Virus record (IMG/VR): IMGVR_UViG_3300021182_000057
Coordinates: 1-31,919 of that record
Length of the DNA: 31,919 bases
Origin: a virus
Taxonomy: Duplodnaviria > Caudoviricetes
Strand: one strand, 5' to 3'
The translations under genes were made by a program, and so were the position numbers. The notes beneath the pieces were generated by a model that did not search any database, had not been told where the DNA came from, and saw only the letters and a list, made by a program, of their open reading frames with translations. How positions within the stretch are numbered: position 1 is the first letter of the stretch; each line of letters starts with the position of its first letter. Of the stretch, positions 1 to 8,377 are shown piece after piece.

Positions 1-105
1 ATGCGGGAATTCAGGAGGCTTGCACATCGAAAATGCAATATGCGCAGAGGAAACATCCCACTAGGGCCGCTCATCGAAGAGGCGCACGCGAAAGGGAAGC
101 CGTGA
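1..105 (+). CDS. Probable C-terminal fragment of an HNH endonuclease (likely truncated by the window start)
   Basis: Frame 1 reads ...RRLAHRKCNMRRGNIP..., resembling the C-terminal HxxCNxxRG motif of HNH nucleases; TGA overlaps the next GTG start. Confidence 0.45.
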   Translation: MREFRRLAHRKCNMRRGNIPLGPLIEEAHAKGKP

Positions 106-323
106 GCGCAGAACAGAAGCGACACGTCCGGTGGCGCCTTGTAGACGATCCAGGCTCTTACTGGACCTGCTGGGAAATGAATGGCGAGCGGGTGATTATG
201 GACGATCCAAAGCGCCTACGCAAAGGCAAGAAGCCGGTGAACCAAGATGATCGGATACTGAGCATTCTGGCGAGTAGAGAGCGGCATCTAGGCCGGTACC
301 GGCGAGATGCGCGGGGGGAATAA
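102..323 (+). CDS. Hypothetical phage protein
   Basis: GTGA overlap with the upstream ORF; part of ORF 33..323. Confidence 0.5.
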   Translation: MSAEQKRHVRWRLVDDPGSYWTCWEMNGERVIMDDPKRLRKGKKPVNQDDRILSILASRERHLGRYRRDARGE

Positions 324-662
324 TGCCGGTTAGGATGCTGCCACCTGGGCCAGATCCGGCGCGCACAATGGCCCAACTTGACGCCCTGGTGCGCTCAGGG
401 AGATCCGTTAGGCGTCGCCGGCACATCGGCCCGCCCTCGGGGAGACGGAAGGCACCCAGCCTATCCGCCGCCTTTGGAAAAGCCATGCCTGCCGGAGCCT
501 TACCGGCCAGATGCGCTCGAGGCGGAACATGCGGAGTTGGCAGCGCTGCGGGATCTCGACGCCGATATCTGGCGCAGCCGCTGCCGAGAACTGATGCGGC
601 GAGTTGGGGAACTTGAGGCGGAATTAAACAGCGCAGCGGCGCGGAAGGAGGAGGCACGGTGA
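323..662 (+). CDS. Hypothetical protein, possibly frameshifted (N-terminus in the 323 frame, coiled-coil C-terminus in the 378..662 frame)
   Basis: TAATG coupling at 323; the protein-like C-terminus and stop/start coupling at 659-662 are in another frame. Confidence 0.35.
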
Positions 663-865
663 TGGAACGAGACAAGGTGATTTGCCGAGACAAGAAATTT
701 GGCGATGCGGTGAAATTACGGCACGGATTGTGCTGGACGAGTCTGCTGGTTGGCAGGCCGTCACTTGGGCAAGCAATGGCGATCAGGCTCACTCCCACCC
801 GCGCTCACAAGATAGCCAATGCGCTTACGGAGTGGGCAGACAAACAGAAGGGCGGCGCGCGATGA
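659..865 (+). CDS. Hypothetical phage protein
   Basis: GGAGGAGG Shine-Dalgarno; stop/start overlaps at both ends. Confidence 0.6.
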   Translation: MMERDKVICRDKKFGDAVKLRHGLCWTSLLVGRPSLGQAMAIRLTPTRAHKIANALTEWADKQKGGAR

Positions 866-1140
866 CGATAGAAGAACAGGCTAAGTTGCGCGATGTGTTG
901 CACATACAGAGCGGAGATAGGATCGTTTCGGCGTGGGCTGAGAACGCACGCGGGCCAGGGTGGCAAAACCAGTTATTTATCGTACTGGTTGAACAACACA
1001 GCGATGGAAAAATGCGAGTTGAATCCGTTCAAGTGAGGGAAGCGACTCCATGCATGATAGCCATCTTCGATATATGCGCAGCGGCGCACAAGTCGCTAAT
1101 GGACAGCATGAAGGCGGCGGAGGTGACAAAGCAATGGTGA
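862..1140 (+). CDS. Hypothetical phage protein (MTIEEQAKL...)
   Basis: ATGA overlap at 862-865; within ORF 682..1140. Confidence 0.6.
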   Translation: MTIEEQAKLRDVLHIQSGDRIVSAWAENARGPGWQNQLFIVLVEQHSDGKMRVESVQVREATPCMIAIFDICAAAHKSLMDSMKAAEVTKQW

Positions 1141-1352
1141 GAGATCCACGCTTAGACCCGCAGCCGGGCGACGTGCTGCGGAAGGGGACAATGGTTAGGA
1201 AGGTAATTCGCATCGATAAAGCCTATTCCGATTCACAAGGTGATGACGTGGCACACACACGGAATGGGGGAAAACGGGAGCGCTACATTTTCGTTTGCAA
1301 CTGGCGCCGCTGGGCAAAGGGAGCCGAGGTGGTGAGCGGAGGCGAGAAATGA
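1134..1352 (+). CDS. Hypothetical phage protein (MVRDPRLDPQPGD...)
   Basis: GGAGG SD upstream; overlaps neighbouring genes. Confidence 0.6.
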   Translation: MVRDPRLDPQPGDVLRKGTMVRKVIRIDKAYSDSQGDDVAHTRNGGKRERYIFVCNWRRWAKGAEVVSGGEK

Positions 1353-1663
1353 GCGACTACAACTCTCCGGCGAATGATACGCTGTGCTTCAGGCTGGCAG
1401 AATCGCGCCGAGAAGTACAGCGCGCCCACAAGGAGAATAAATCTCTCCGCGCTCGTGTCGCGGAGTTGGAGTCGGACGCCAGGCGGTTCGTGTGGTATTT
1501 CTGTTCGTGCAAGAATAGCGATTTCATCACGGCTTGTCTCAATGGAGCGTTAGGCGGATATACTCTCGACCAGTGGCGCGAATTAATCGACAAAGCCATG
1601 TCGTCCGAGCGTCCAGTGCCGGAGGATAAGCCGACAACTCATCTAGAGGAAGGAATGCGATGA
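1349..1663 (+). CDS. Hypothetical phage protein
   Basis: GGAGG SD; ATGA overlaps at both ends. Confidence 0.6.
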   Translation: MSDYNSPANDTLCFRLAESRREVQRAHKENKSLRARVAELESDARRFVWYFCSCKNSDFITACLNGALGGYTLDQWRELIDKAMSSERPVPEDKPTTHLEEGMR

Positions 1664-3045
1664 GCGAAAGCACGAAGATTGAATGGTGTGATGCAAGTTG
1701 GAACCCGATTCGCGGATGCTCGATGGCGAAGGGCAGCGAGACCGGCGGCTGTCTGAACTGCTACGCGGCGCGGATGTGCGCGCGTGGTCTGCCGGGCCTG
1801 AACTCGCCCACCACCGGCGAGCCGTTTGCCGTCATGCGCGATTCCGGCCCGCGCTGGACCGGCAAGGTGGAACTGATCGAGTCCGCGCTGGAGCTGCCGT
1901 TGCACTGGCGCAAGCCGCGCCGGATCTTTGTGAATTCGATGAGCGACTTGTTCCATGAGTCGCTACCCAATGAGGCGATTGACCGCGTGTTCGCGGTGAT
2001 GGCGCTGTGTCCGCAGCACACATTCCAGGTGCTTACGAAGAGGCCGGAGCGTATGGTGGCATATCTCACGGGTGGTCCATGGGGGCACATCGAACAACGT
2101 GCGAGTGAGACTATCGGAACTCGGCGCGAAATTCCAGTCGAGCATCTACCTCTGGCGCACGTCCACTTTGGCATCTCCTGCGAGAACCAAGAGACCGCCG
2201 ACGCGCGCATTCCGCTACTGCTTCAGACTCCGGCCGCGGTGCGGTTCCTGAGCCTGGAGCCTTTACTTTCTCCGGTGGATTTGTCAAAATGGTTATATGA
2301 CAACACAAGATCGCGAGTTCCTGGCACAGATAGCATTGGGCTGGTTCAAGGTTACGACGAGTGGCGAGATCCACCGCATGGTGAAATTCGGGGGCGGGGG
2401 AACGACGCCGAGCCTGCACCGAATTTCGGAAACTCGGGCCGAGCGAAGCTGCTCTCGCGAGGGCGGCTATCTCAGGGTGATGTTTATGGGATCGGCTGGA
2501 AGGATGAAGGTGTCGGCTCACCGAATTGTTTGGATGGTGTCGAACCATTCGGACATCTCGGCTCCGATGGAGATCAACCACAAGAACGGAAACAAGCGGG
2601 ACAACCGCCCAGGGAATCTGGAACTGGTTACCAGGGCAGAGAACGTCATCCATTCTTTCAGGGAACTTCCCCGGAAGAAGAAAGCTCAGCGAGGAGCGGC
2701 CAACCCTATGGCGAAGATGACGCAATCGCAGGTGGACGAGATCCGGGCGCTCTGGAGAGCCAGGGTGATGAGTCAGAGAGAGATCGGGGCTCACTTCGGC
2801 ATAACACAGTCAGCGGTATCGGCGATAGTTCTTCGGAGATCCTGGTAGGCATTCACCAAGTCATAGTCGGCGGCGAGAGCGGCCCTGGAGCGCGCCCGAT
2901 GCATCCCGACTGGGTGCGCTCGATCCGCGACCAGTGCGTTGCGGCTGGCGTGCCGTTCTTCTTCAAGCAGGCTATAATAGGAGGGAAGAAGGTTTCAATG
3001 CCAGAACTAGACGCGAGCCGCCATGCGGAAATTCCAAGGTCTTAG
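1660..3045 (+). CDS. DUF5131 / phage Gp37-Gp68 family protein (radical-SAM-like) with a ~185-aa insertion
   Basis: Motifs TKIEWCDASWNPIRGCS, GCLNCYA, RIFVNSMSDLFH, HTFQVLTKRPER, RFLSLEPLL, VIVGGESGPGARPMHPDWVRSIRDQC, PFFFKQ. Confidence 0.92.
   Translation: MSESTKIEWCDASWNPIRGCSMAKGSETGGCLNCYAARMCARGLPGLNSPTTGEPFAVMRDSGPRWTGKVELIESALELPLHWRKPRRIFVNSMSDLFHESLPNEAIDRVFAVMALCPQHTFQVLTKRPERMVAYLTGGPWGHIEQRASETIGTRREIPVEHLPLAHVHFGISCENQETADARIPLLLQTPAAVRFLSLEPLLSPVDLSKWLYDNTRSRVPGTDSIGLVQGYDEWRDPPHGEIRGRGNDAEPAPNFGNSGRAKLLSRGRLSQGDVYGIGWKDEGVGSPNCLDGVEPFGHLGSDGDQPQERKQAGQPPRESGTGYQGRERHPFFQGTSPEEESSARSGQPYGEDDAIAGGRDPGALESQGDESERDRGSLRHNTVSGIGDSSSEILVGIHQVIVGGESGPGARPMHPDWVRSIRDQCVAAGVPFFFKQAIIGGKKVSMPELDASRHAEIPRS
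2297..2848 (+). CDS. HNH homing endonuclease with C-terminal HTH, nested in the +1 frame inside DUF5131
   Basis: GYLRV...AHRIVW...EINHKNGNKRDNRPGNLELVTRAENVIH (HNH_3 type), then RGAANPMAKMT...SQREIGAHFGITQSAVSAI (HTH). Confidence 0.9.
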   Translation: MTTQDREFLAQIALGWFKVTTSGEIHRMVKFGGGGTTPSLHRISETRAERSCSREGGYLRVMFMGSAGRMKVSAHRIVWMVSNHSDISAPMEINHKNGNKRDNRPGNLELVTRAENVIHSFRELPRKKKAQRGAANPMAKMTQSQVDEIRALWRARVMSQREIGAHFGITQSAVSAIVLRRSW

Positions 3046-3505
3046 CAGGTCTGAACAGTACCGACGGCACAAGAAGGCAAAGGCGCTGGGGGTGGGAGTG
3101 GATGAGGTTCCCGACACGCGCGGTCACCACGAGAACCACGTGAAGGGAAGTCGCACCGCCAGGTGGAATAATGGGCGCATTTTTAGTTCCCACGGATATG
3201 TAAAGATTCGGGTGGGAAAAAGCCACCCGCTGGCGGACCCAAACGGATACGCTTATGAGCATCTGGTGGTATGGGTATCGGCCGGGAATACCCTTCCGAA
3301 AAAAGGCGAACTTCTGCACCACGAAGACGAAGACGGGGCTAATAACCGTATCGAAAACCTGAAGCTCAAATCGAAGTCGAAGCATGGCGCTGACCATATA
3401 TCTCAAAGGGTTCGGGATGATCTAGGCAGACTTACCCCCAAGCGCGCCGCTGGGCGCCTCCTCGATGGCCGCACGTGGGACGAACTGCCGGAGCCAAAGC
3501 AATGA
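3023..3505 (+). CDS. HNH homing endonuclease fused to a DUF5131-like C-terminal tail
   Basis: WNNGR...GYVKIRVGKSHPLADPNGYAYEHLVVW...LHHEDEDGANNRIENL; ends KRAAGRLLDGRTWDELP. Confidence 0.85.
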   Translation: MRKFQGLSRSEQYRRHKKAKALGVGVDEVPDTRGHHENHVKGSRTARWNNGRIFSSHGYVKIRVGKSHPLADPNGYAYEHLVVWVSAGNTLPKKGELLHHEDEDGANNRIENLKLKSKSKHGADHISQRVRDDLGRLTPKRAAGRLLDGRTWDELPEPKQ

Positions 3506-3762
3506 CGATCACAGACGCGGCGATACGGAAGGCGGTTATGCGGTGGCCGCTGATCGTCCGAAGCTGCCCCGGATACGCCTGGAGTTGGGGACACCACAGC
3601 ACGGGAGACATGCTGGAAGCGTTAGGCGCACCGCGTGACTATCCAACCCCAGCTAAGCACTCCTACTGCCAGGTCGAGCCTTACGTGGACCGCCCGAAGT
3701 CTGATCGCAGGTGGGACAAGCCGGGCGCGGGGCGGCGGGCTGTGACAGAATTGCGCTGGTGA
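3502..3762 (+). CDS. Hypothetical phage protein
   Basis: ATGA overlap with the HNH stop; GGAG SD. Confidence 0.5.
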   Translation: MTITDAAIRKAVMRWPLIVRSCPGYAWSWGHHSTGDMLEALGAPRDYPTPAKHSYCQVEPYVDRPKSDRRWDKPGAGRRAVTELRW

Positions 3763-3766
3763 CGCC

Positions 3767-4012
3767 ATGAAAAAACGCAAAGGGCTTTACAAGTACGATG
3801 GATATCTGGCCTTCCGCGTGGCCGCTGAGGCTCACCACGCGATTCTTCCGACGGCTGAGTGTGATGGCGGAAGCCGCACGATGGGAGCTATCTTCCGCGC
3901 TCTGGACAAGGCGTATACGGATGGCATCGAGGACGCGTTGCAACTGAGCGACGAGGAACTGAAGCGGGAGCGGAGAAAGATCCAGCCAAAGCATCCCGAC
4001 CAGGACGTGTGA
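3767..4012 (+). CDS. Hypothetical phage protein
   Basis: ORF in operon orientation, flanked by a 12-bp direct repeat GTGACGCCATGA. Confidence 0.55.
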   Translation: MKKRKGLYKYDGYLAFRVAAEAHHAILPTAECDGGSRTMGAIFRALDKAYTDGIEDALQLSDEELKRERRKIQPKHPDQDV

Positions 4013-4016
4013 CGCC

Positions 4017-4073
4017 ATGAGCAAGCCACTGCGGGTTCTAATCGCGTGCGAATTCTCGGGAAAGGAGGCGTAA
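4017..4073 (+). pseudogene. N-terminal remnant of a phage DNA cytosine methyltransferase-like gene
   Basis: MSKPLRVLIACEFSGKEA* resembles the 'RVLVACEFSG' start of phage Dcm-like proteins but stops after 18 aa. Confidence 0.55.
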
Positions 4074-4078
4074 CTTCC

Positions 4079-4303
4079 ATGATTCGTGGTCCGTATCGCA
4101 TTGAAAGGCCCGTGCTTCTCCCCGATGATGACGACGACAGGGACGCTACCCCGCTAAACCAGGCATACGAGAATCGGGTCAAGGACGCGAGGTCCATGCT
4201 CCGGTGCGGTAAATCGCACGAAGCCATCCGGCAAATCCACGGAGGCGCGGTTCTTGCGGAAGTGCTGGAGTCGGAGCGGGAGTCGCGAAGATTTAGACAT
4301 TGA
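4079..4303 (+). CDS. Hypothetical phage protein
   Basis: AAAGGAGG SD upstream of ATG 4079. Confidence 0.55.
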   Translation: MIRGPYRIERPVLLPDDDDDRDATPLNQAYENRVKDARSMLRCGKSHEAIRQIHGGAVLAEVLESERESRRFRH

Positions 4304-4328
4304 CTTGTCTATTGACTTCTGGTAAGGT
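4300..4328 (+). promoter_or_regulatory. Sigma70-type promoter for the ParB-like gene
   Basis: TTGACT-N17-TAAGGT with TG extension. Confidence 0.55.
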
Positions 4329-4335
4329 GAATTCG

Positions 4336-4351
4336 AGTCCAACGTGAGACT
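4336..4351. promoter_or_regulatory. 16-bp palindromic parS-like/operator site, copy 1
   Basis: AGTCCAACGTGAGACT inside the longer inverted repeat TTCGAGTC...GACTCGAA, at the predicted transcription start. Confidence 0.75.
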
Positions 4352-4359
4352 CGAAGAAA

Positions 4360-5199
4360 GTGCAGATGACTCCCGCTTACGCATCCACCAAGGTGGTTCC
4401 TATTGAAAGAATCGTGGAAGATCCATCGATTCAGGTGCGAGTTTCGATCGATCCCAGAGAGGTTAAAGTTCAGGAGGCTCTCATTCAAGAGCATGGGTTT
4501 GTGGATGGAGTTGTGCTGTACTACGAGAATGACCCATCGACCGACCCGCTCCTTTTGTCGGACGGATTCCATCGGCTTGCAGCTTACCGTAATCTCGGCC
4601 ACACTCAAGTTCGAGCCATACTGCGCAAAGGAGACAAGTCCGACGCTCTGAGGTATGCCATCAAGAACAACTGCCACCACGGCGCCCGGATGACGAATGC
4701 CGATAAGCGCCGCGCCGCCGAACTGGCAGTAGTGGACGAACGCATTGGAGAGTTGGATGACAAGGAAATTGCCCGCATGATCGGCGTGTCCGTGTCTTTG
4801 GTGGCCGGCGTGAGACGTGGGGAGACCAAGGAAGCGAGGCGGCGTAAGGCGGTGGAGAGACGGCAAGGTAAGTCCGGGTCGGGTGGGGAATCCGTTCATC
4901 CAGTCGTCGCGCACGAGCGCCACCACGAGGACAAGCGGCCAACGAAGGCCATGCGTCTTGCGCAGATCATGGAGGATCTTCGGCTCGACGTCATCGAGGA
5001 AGCCGATCTGGTCGGCCTAACGGAAACGAAGTCGGCCGCATACCACTTCCTGCCGAAGGCCGGAGGGTCCATCTCCCTGAAGATCGTCAACAAGGATGGA
5101 CTCCCAATGGTTGAGCTTCCGGTGACGATCGTGAAGGAGTGGAAGTATGAGCAGGTCGTCCTCAAGTTGGAGGACGGAAAGGTGGGGATGGTGGAATGA
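4360..5199 (+). CDS. ParB-like protein (ParB/Srx N-terminal domain + HTH)
   Basis: LLLSDGFHRLAA (GxxRxxA box), AIKNNCHHG, HTH DDKEIARMIGVSVSLVAGVRR. Confidence 0.8.
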   Translation: MQMTPAYASTKVVPIERIVEDPSIQVRVSIDPREVKVQEALIQEHGFVDGVVLYYENDPSTDPLLLSDGFHRLAAYRNLGHTQVRAILRKGDKSDALRYAIKNNCHHGARMTNADKRRAAELAVVDERIGELDDKEIARMIGVSVSLVAGVRRGETKEARRRKAVERRQGKSGSGGESVHPVVAHERHHEDKRPTKAMRLAQIMEDLRLDVIEEADLVGLTETKSAAYHFLPKAGGSISLKIVNKDGLPMVELPVTIVKEWKYEQVVLKLEDGKVGMVE

Positions 5200-5447
5200 G
5201 TAAGTGGGACCTCACATTCGAAATCATCAAGACTATGGGGATGCTGTACGAGGTTCGCTTCCAAGGTCCGAAAAAGCTCGGAGCCGCGATGGAGCGCTTC
5301 TACAACTTGAGGGGAGTGTTGGATTATATGCCGCAGGAATGGCTCAATGCGAACGATGCAGCCAGCGAGTTCCTGGACTACATTTACACCGGGTCACCAG
5401 AGCCGGAGTGGCTGAAAGAAGCCGAGTATGACTCCAAGAGAACTTAG
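5196..5447 (+). CDS. Hypothetical protein
   Basis: ATGA overlap with the ParB-like gene. Confidence 0.6.
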   Translation: MSKWDLTFEIIKTMGMLYEVRFQGPKKLGAAMERFYNLRGVLDYMPQEWLNANDAASEFLDYIYTGSPEPEWLKEAEYDSKRT

Positions 5448-5757
5448 GATCGCGGTTCGGGACGGCCGCATGACCGCCGTGGACCCTTCCATCTACATAA
5501 ATGGCTACCCCCCTCCCTTGGAATGGCCGAAATGGAAAAGAGATCGGCTCAGGGCGGCAATACGGGCGGCTATTCTTTTCATGCGCGGCACGGGGTGGCG
5601 GGGAGTTATGGGGGATTTGTCCCGCCGTGGATTTCTGAAGAAGGAAACCGTGTCCAAGGCACGCGTTGCTCAGTACGTTAAGGTCGGGATTGCGTACCTG
5701 ATGAAGCAGGGATGCTTCGAAGTGGTTAAGAATTCGGGGAAGAAAAGTGACAGTTGA
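5428..5757 (+). CDS. Basic hypothetical protein, possibly DNA-binding
   Basis: Operonic ORF, Arg/Lys-rich. Confidence 0.55.
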   Translation: MTPRELRIAVRDGRMTAVDPSIYINGYPPPLEWPKWKRDRLRAAIRAAILFMRGTGWRGVMGDLSRRGFLKKETVSKARVAQYVKVGIAYLMKQGCFEVVKNSGKKSDS

Positions 5758-6220
5758 ATTAGCCGTGCAGTGGATCGGGATTCTGTTTGCCGCTGTCCTG
5801 GCCGTAGGGGCGGCTTTCAAGATAGTGCGGGATGTCATTCTGTACCGCAAGCCATCCGTGGATGCTCCTGCCGGTCCAGTGGATGACCAAGCGGAGGATG
5901 GAACTATCTTCCGTAAAATTGCCGAGCAGCTAAACGTCTGGTCGTCCAACCAGAAGTCGCAGTCCGATAGAATGATTGCGGTGCTCGATTCCATGGCCTT
6001 GTCGTTCGATAAGTTCGCCAGGGGTCAAGATCGCTGGATGAAGCAAATGTTCGGAGGGGACGGCGGAGGGTACTCTGAAATGACGGATGCCGAGGGCGAG
6101 CTTCGCGAGCGGGCCGAAGGTATTCGACGCCGGTATGGGGTGACTTGGGAAGAGGCCATGGACCGCGCGAAAAAGACTTTTGTGTACGATCCAGACGCTA
6201 AAATGCGGGACAATGTGTAG
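5747..6220 (+). CDS. Hypothetical membrane-anchored protein
   Basis: N-terminal hydrophobic segment LAVQWIGILFAAVLAVGAAF. Confidence 0.65.
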   Translation: MTVELAVQWIGILFAAVLAVGAAFKIVRDVILYRKPSVDAPAGPVDDQAEDGTIFRKIAEQLNVWSSNQKSQSDRMIAVLDSMALSFDKFARGQDRWMKQMFGGDGGGYSEMTDAEGELRERAEGIRRRYGVTWEEAMDRAKKTFVYDPDAKMRDNV

Positions 6221-6404
6221 CGAAAATCAAAGAAAGGAGAACACGCCTAGCGCGGAAGTCCAACTCATCAAGACGTAGCCAGTACGGAGCACGTCCCACT
6301 TGGAAGACAGCGGGCCGTGCAGAGCTTTGAGACTTGGGCCGGCTACAACAACTCTGAGGGGAGTCGGGAAGGCGGCTTGGGTTTCAGGGCTCTGCAAGGA
6401 ATGT

Positions 6405-7400
6405 ATGGATAAGTCACTTAAAGATCGGTTCGCCAAACACATTTACAAATCACTCGAACGGCAACTCAAGAGGACCCAGGACCCAATCGTACTGTCTGAG
6501 GATATTGTGGATGCGGTTGAGTTGATCTACGATATTGTCCACGAGCAGGAGGGGATCGCTTCAGTCCCCACATCATTGCAGGGTCCCACGTTGGACCGCG
6601 CGGAAAGTTCTCGCGTCGATACCCCGCCTCCCCCAAGGGGGGCATTGGTCCATAAGGATGTCGCCACCGACCCCGGAGAGGCTAAGCCTGTAATACTGAT
6701 GCCGGGAGATCCTGGATTCAGCGATACCACTCCAAATGAAGTTGAGAGGAAGGTATTTTCCGCCGGCTCTGGAGTCAGAAGGAGAGCCACGTCTAACCCA
6801 AGGAAACCTTCCAATCTGGTTGAGACTCCGAAGTGGGACGTTTCCGACTTGATATCCCTGATCGACCAGAATACCCCGGATACTATCGAGTTCACCCCGG
6901 ATGGTATGGAAGGGTCGAAGGTCGTTATCGTGGCGCGCAAAAACATTCAGAACCAAGTTGGTATGGGAAGCGTACTGTTGACCTACAAGCACGCCGCCGT
7001 GGGGGATAATACTGGCGGAGGGGCAGTAGAAGGTAAAAGTGTGTCCCTTGGACTTCTGACTGCCCGAGTGCCGTTTAGCGTGTACGATGAGACTCAGGAC
7101 ATCGGGAACGCGATAGACGGCCCCAAGGGGATCACGGTGCAACTGAGGGGAATGTATAAGGCCCGTCCAGAGACCATGGAACCGTTTCTTTCCGGCTCCG
7201 CTCCGAGGTTGGGACCTGGTATGGCGGGAGTTGACCCGATGGGGGACTCGCTGGAGGAGAGGTTGACTCCTGGGCTCAAGTCCGTATCCGATCCATATGC
7301 CAGTAAAGGGGACGATTCCATACTTCGAGAGCACCTGTTGAACTTATCTAGATCGAACGCCGGCCTGGTCCCGTCAGGAAAGGGATCGAACTCTCGCTAA
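6405..7400 (+). CDS. Hypothetical protein (start uncertain, 6300 or 6405)
   Basis: Long ORF; AAGGA upstream of ATG 6405. Confidence 0.7.
   Translation: MDKSLKDRFAKHIYKSLERQLKRTQDPIVLSEDIVDAVELIYDIVHEQEGIASVPTSLQGPTLDRAESSRVDTPPPPRGALVHKDVATDPGEAKPVILMPGDPGFSDTTPNEVERKVFSAGSGVRRRATSNPRKPSNLVETPKWDVSDLISLIDQNTPDTIEFTPDGMEGSKVVIVARKNIQNQVGMGSVLLTYKHAAVGDNTGGGAVEGKSVSLGLLTARVPFSVYDETQDIGNAIDGPKGITVQLRGMYKARPETMEPFLSGSAPRLGPGMAGVDPMGDSLEERLTPGLKSVSDPYASKGDDSILREHLLNLSRSNAGLVPSGKGSNSR
6582..6597. promoter_or_regulatory. 16-bp palindromic site, copy 2 (intragenic)
   Basis: GGTCCCACGTTGGACC. Confidence 0.65.
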
Positions 7401-7426
7401 ACGAGTGGTTTCGGGGTACCATAAAC

Positions 7427-7762
7427 ATGAACGGAATTCATCAGCGCCTCGGTAGACTTAACATTTTTGCACGAATCAGACGATTGGAGAAACAAATGGG
7501 TACAATTGCAGAACAACTCAATACCGTTCAGACGTCCCTTACCGCAACACAGGCGGATGTGGCGTCGCTCGCAACCGGCATTACTGGGCTGGAAGCGACC
7601 ATCGCTCAACTACAGCAATCTGTCGCCAACGAAGGCGACAACTTAACCGCCGCAACGCAGGCCATCCTCACTGGTTTGGTGGCGCAGGCTGCCGCCGCTA
7701 AGACCTCGGCCGACGCCGCCGTGGCGGAACTCCCGGCACCGGCAACTCCCCCCACAGCGTAA
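7427..7762 (+). CDS. Ala/Thr-rich coiled-coil protein (alternative start 7496)
   Basis: Heptad pattern; GGAG SD before ATG 7496. Confidence 0.65.
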   Translation: MNGIHQRLGRLNIFARIRRLEKQMGTIAEQLNTVQTSLTATQADVASLATGITGLEATIAQLQQSVANEGDNLTAATQAILTGLVAQAAAAKTSADAAVAELPAPATPPTA

Positions 7763-7773
7763 CACCCCGCACC

Positions 7774-7830
7774 AACAGAGTAGCCCGCATCCGACATGAA
7801 CCGATATGCCGTATGCGGGTTGCTCTGTTT
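7774..7830 (+). terminator. Long imperfect hairpin, probable terminator or processing stem
   Basis: AACAGAGTAGCCCGCAT ... ATGCGGGTTGCTCTGTT. Confidence 0.6.
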
Positions 7831-7833
7831 GTA

Positions 7834-7861
7834 TTGACTGATCGCTTGGGTTTGGTACTAT
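7834..7861 (+). promoter_or_regulatory. Sigma70-type promoter, leaderless geometry
   Basis: TTGACT-N16-TACTAT (TG extended), 6 nt before GTG 7868. Confidence 0.6.
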
Positions 7862-7867
7862 GTAAGC

Positions 7868-8374
7868 GTGACAGATAGAAAGAAGCCCAGATTAACTCCT
7901 ATTGCGGTGGCCATGAAGCAGGCGGAGAAGAGCCGACCTGCGGATGTAACCCCCGATCCAGTACTGCTGAACATCCCCCCTAGTCTCGCAGCCCGAAAAA
8001 TAACATCCAAGAGCATAGCAAGCGGAAGCTATCAGAATGCCATGAGGGCGGCATGTGCCCCTCAGGTACTCTTGGAGTACTTTCGAGCACTGGTGACCGG
8101 GATTAAGAACGTTGACCCGGCCATCATGAGGCAGGCAGGTGAGATATACCAGATGCTTGGTGGCAAGAACGGAGTTAACATAAACCTCCAACAGAACAAC
8201 GTAAACCAAACGGCCAACGTTTCGGCATCGCGAGATAGGGGATTATCCTCTCCCGATGATATGTTCCGCATGCTGGCGGCCGAAAGGGAACAGCGGTTGC
8301 TTTCCCCTAGCCGGACGGTTGAATTGGTGGCGACTCCGGTAAGCTACGAGAAGGAAAAGCCAACAGAGGAATAG
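7868..8374 (+). CDS. Putative terminase small subunit
   Basis: Immediately upstream of TerL; helical core with a GVNINLQQNN tail. Positional call. Confidence 0.55.
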   Translation: MTDRKKPRLTPIAVAMKQAEKSRPADVTPDPVLLNIPPSLAARKITSKSIASGSYQNAMRAACAPQVLLEYFRALVTGIKNVDPAIMRQAGEIYQMLGGKNGVNINLQQNNVNQTANVSASRDRGLSSPDDMFRMLAAEREQRLLSPSRTVELVATPVSYEKEKPTEE

Positions 8375-8377
8375 CCC

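Noticed and set aside
6213-6404. In-frame ATG 6213 and TAG 6276 upstream of the 6300-7400 ORF, suggesting amber recoding
   Set aside because: TAG is a normal stop elsewhere (portal, scaffold, putative TerS, RecT-like) and long genes are not fragmented; ATG 6405 is a simpler start
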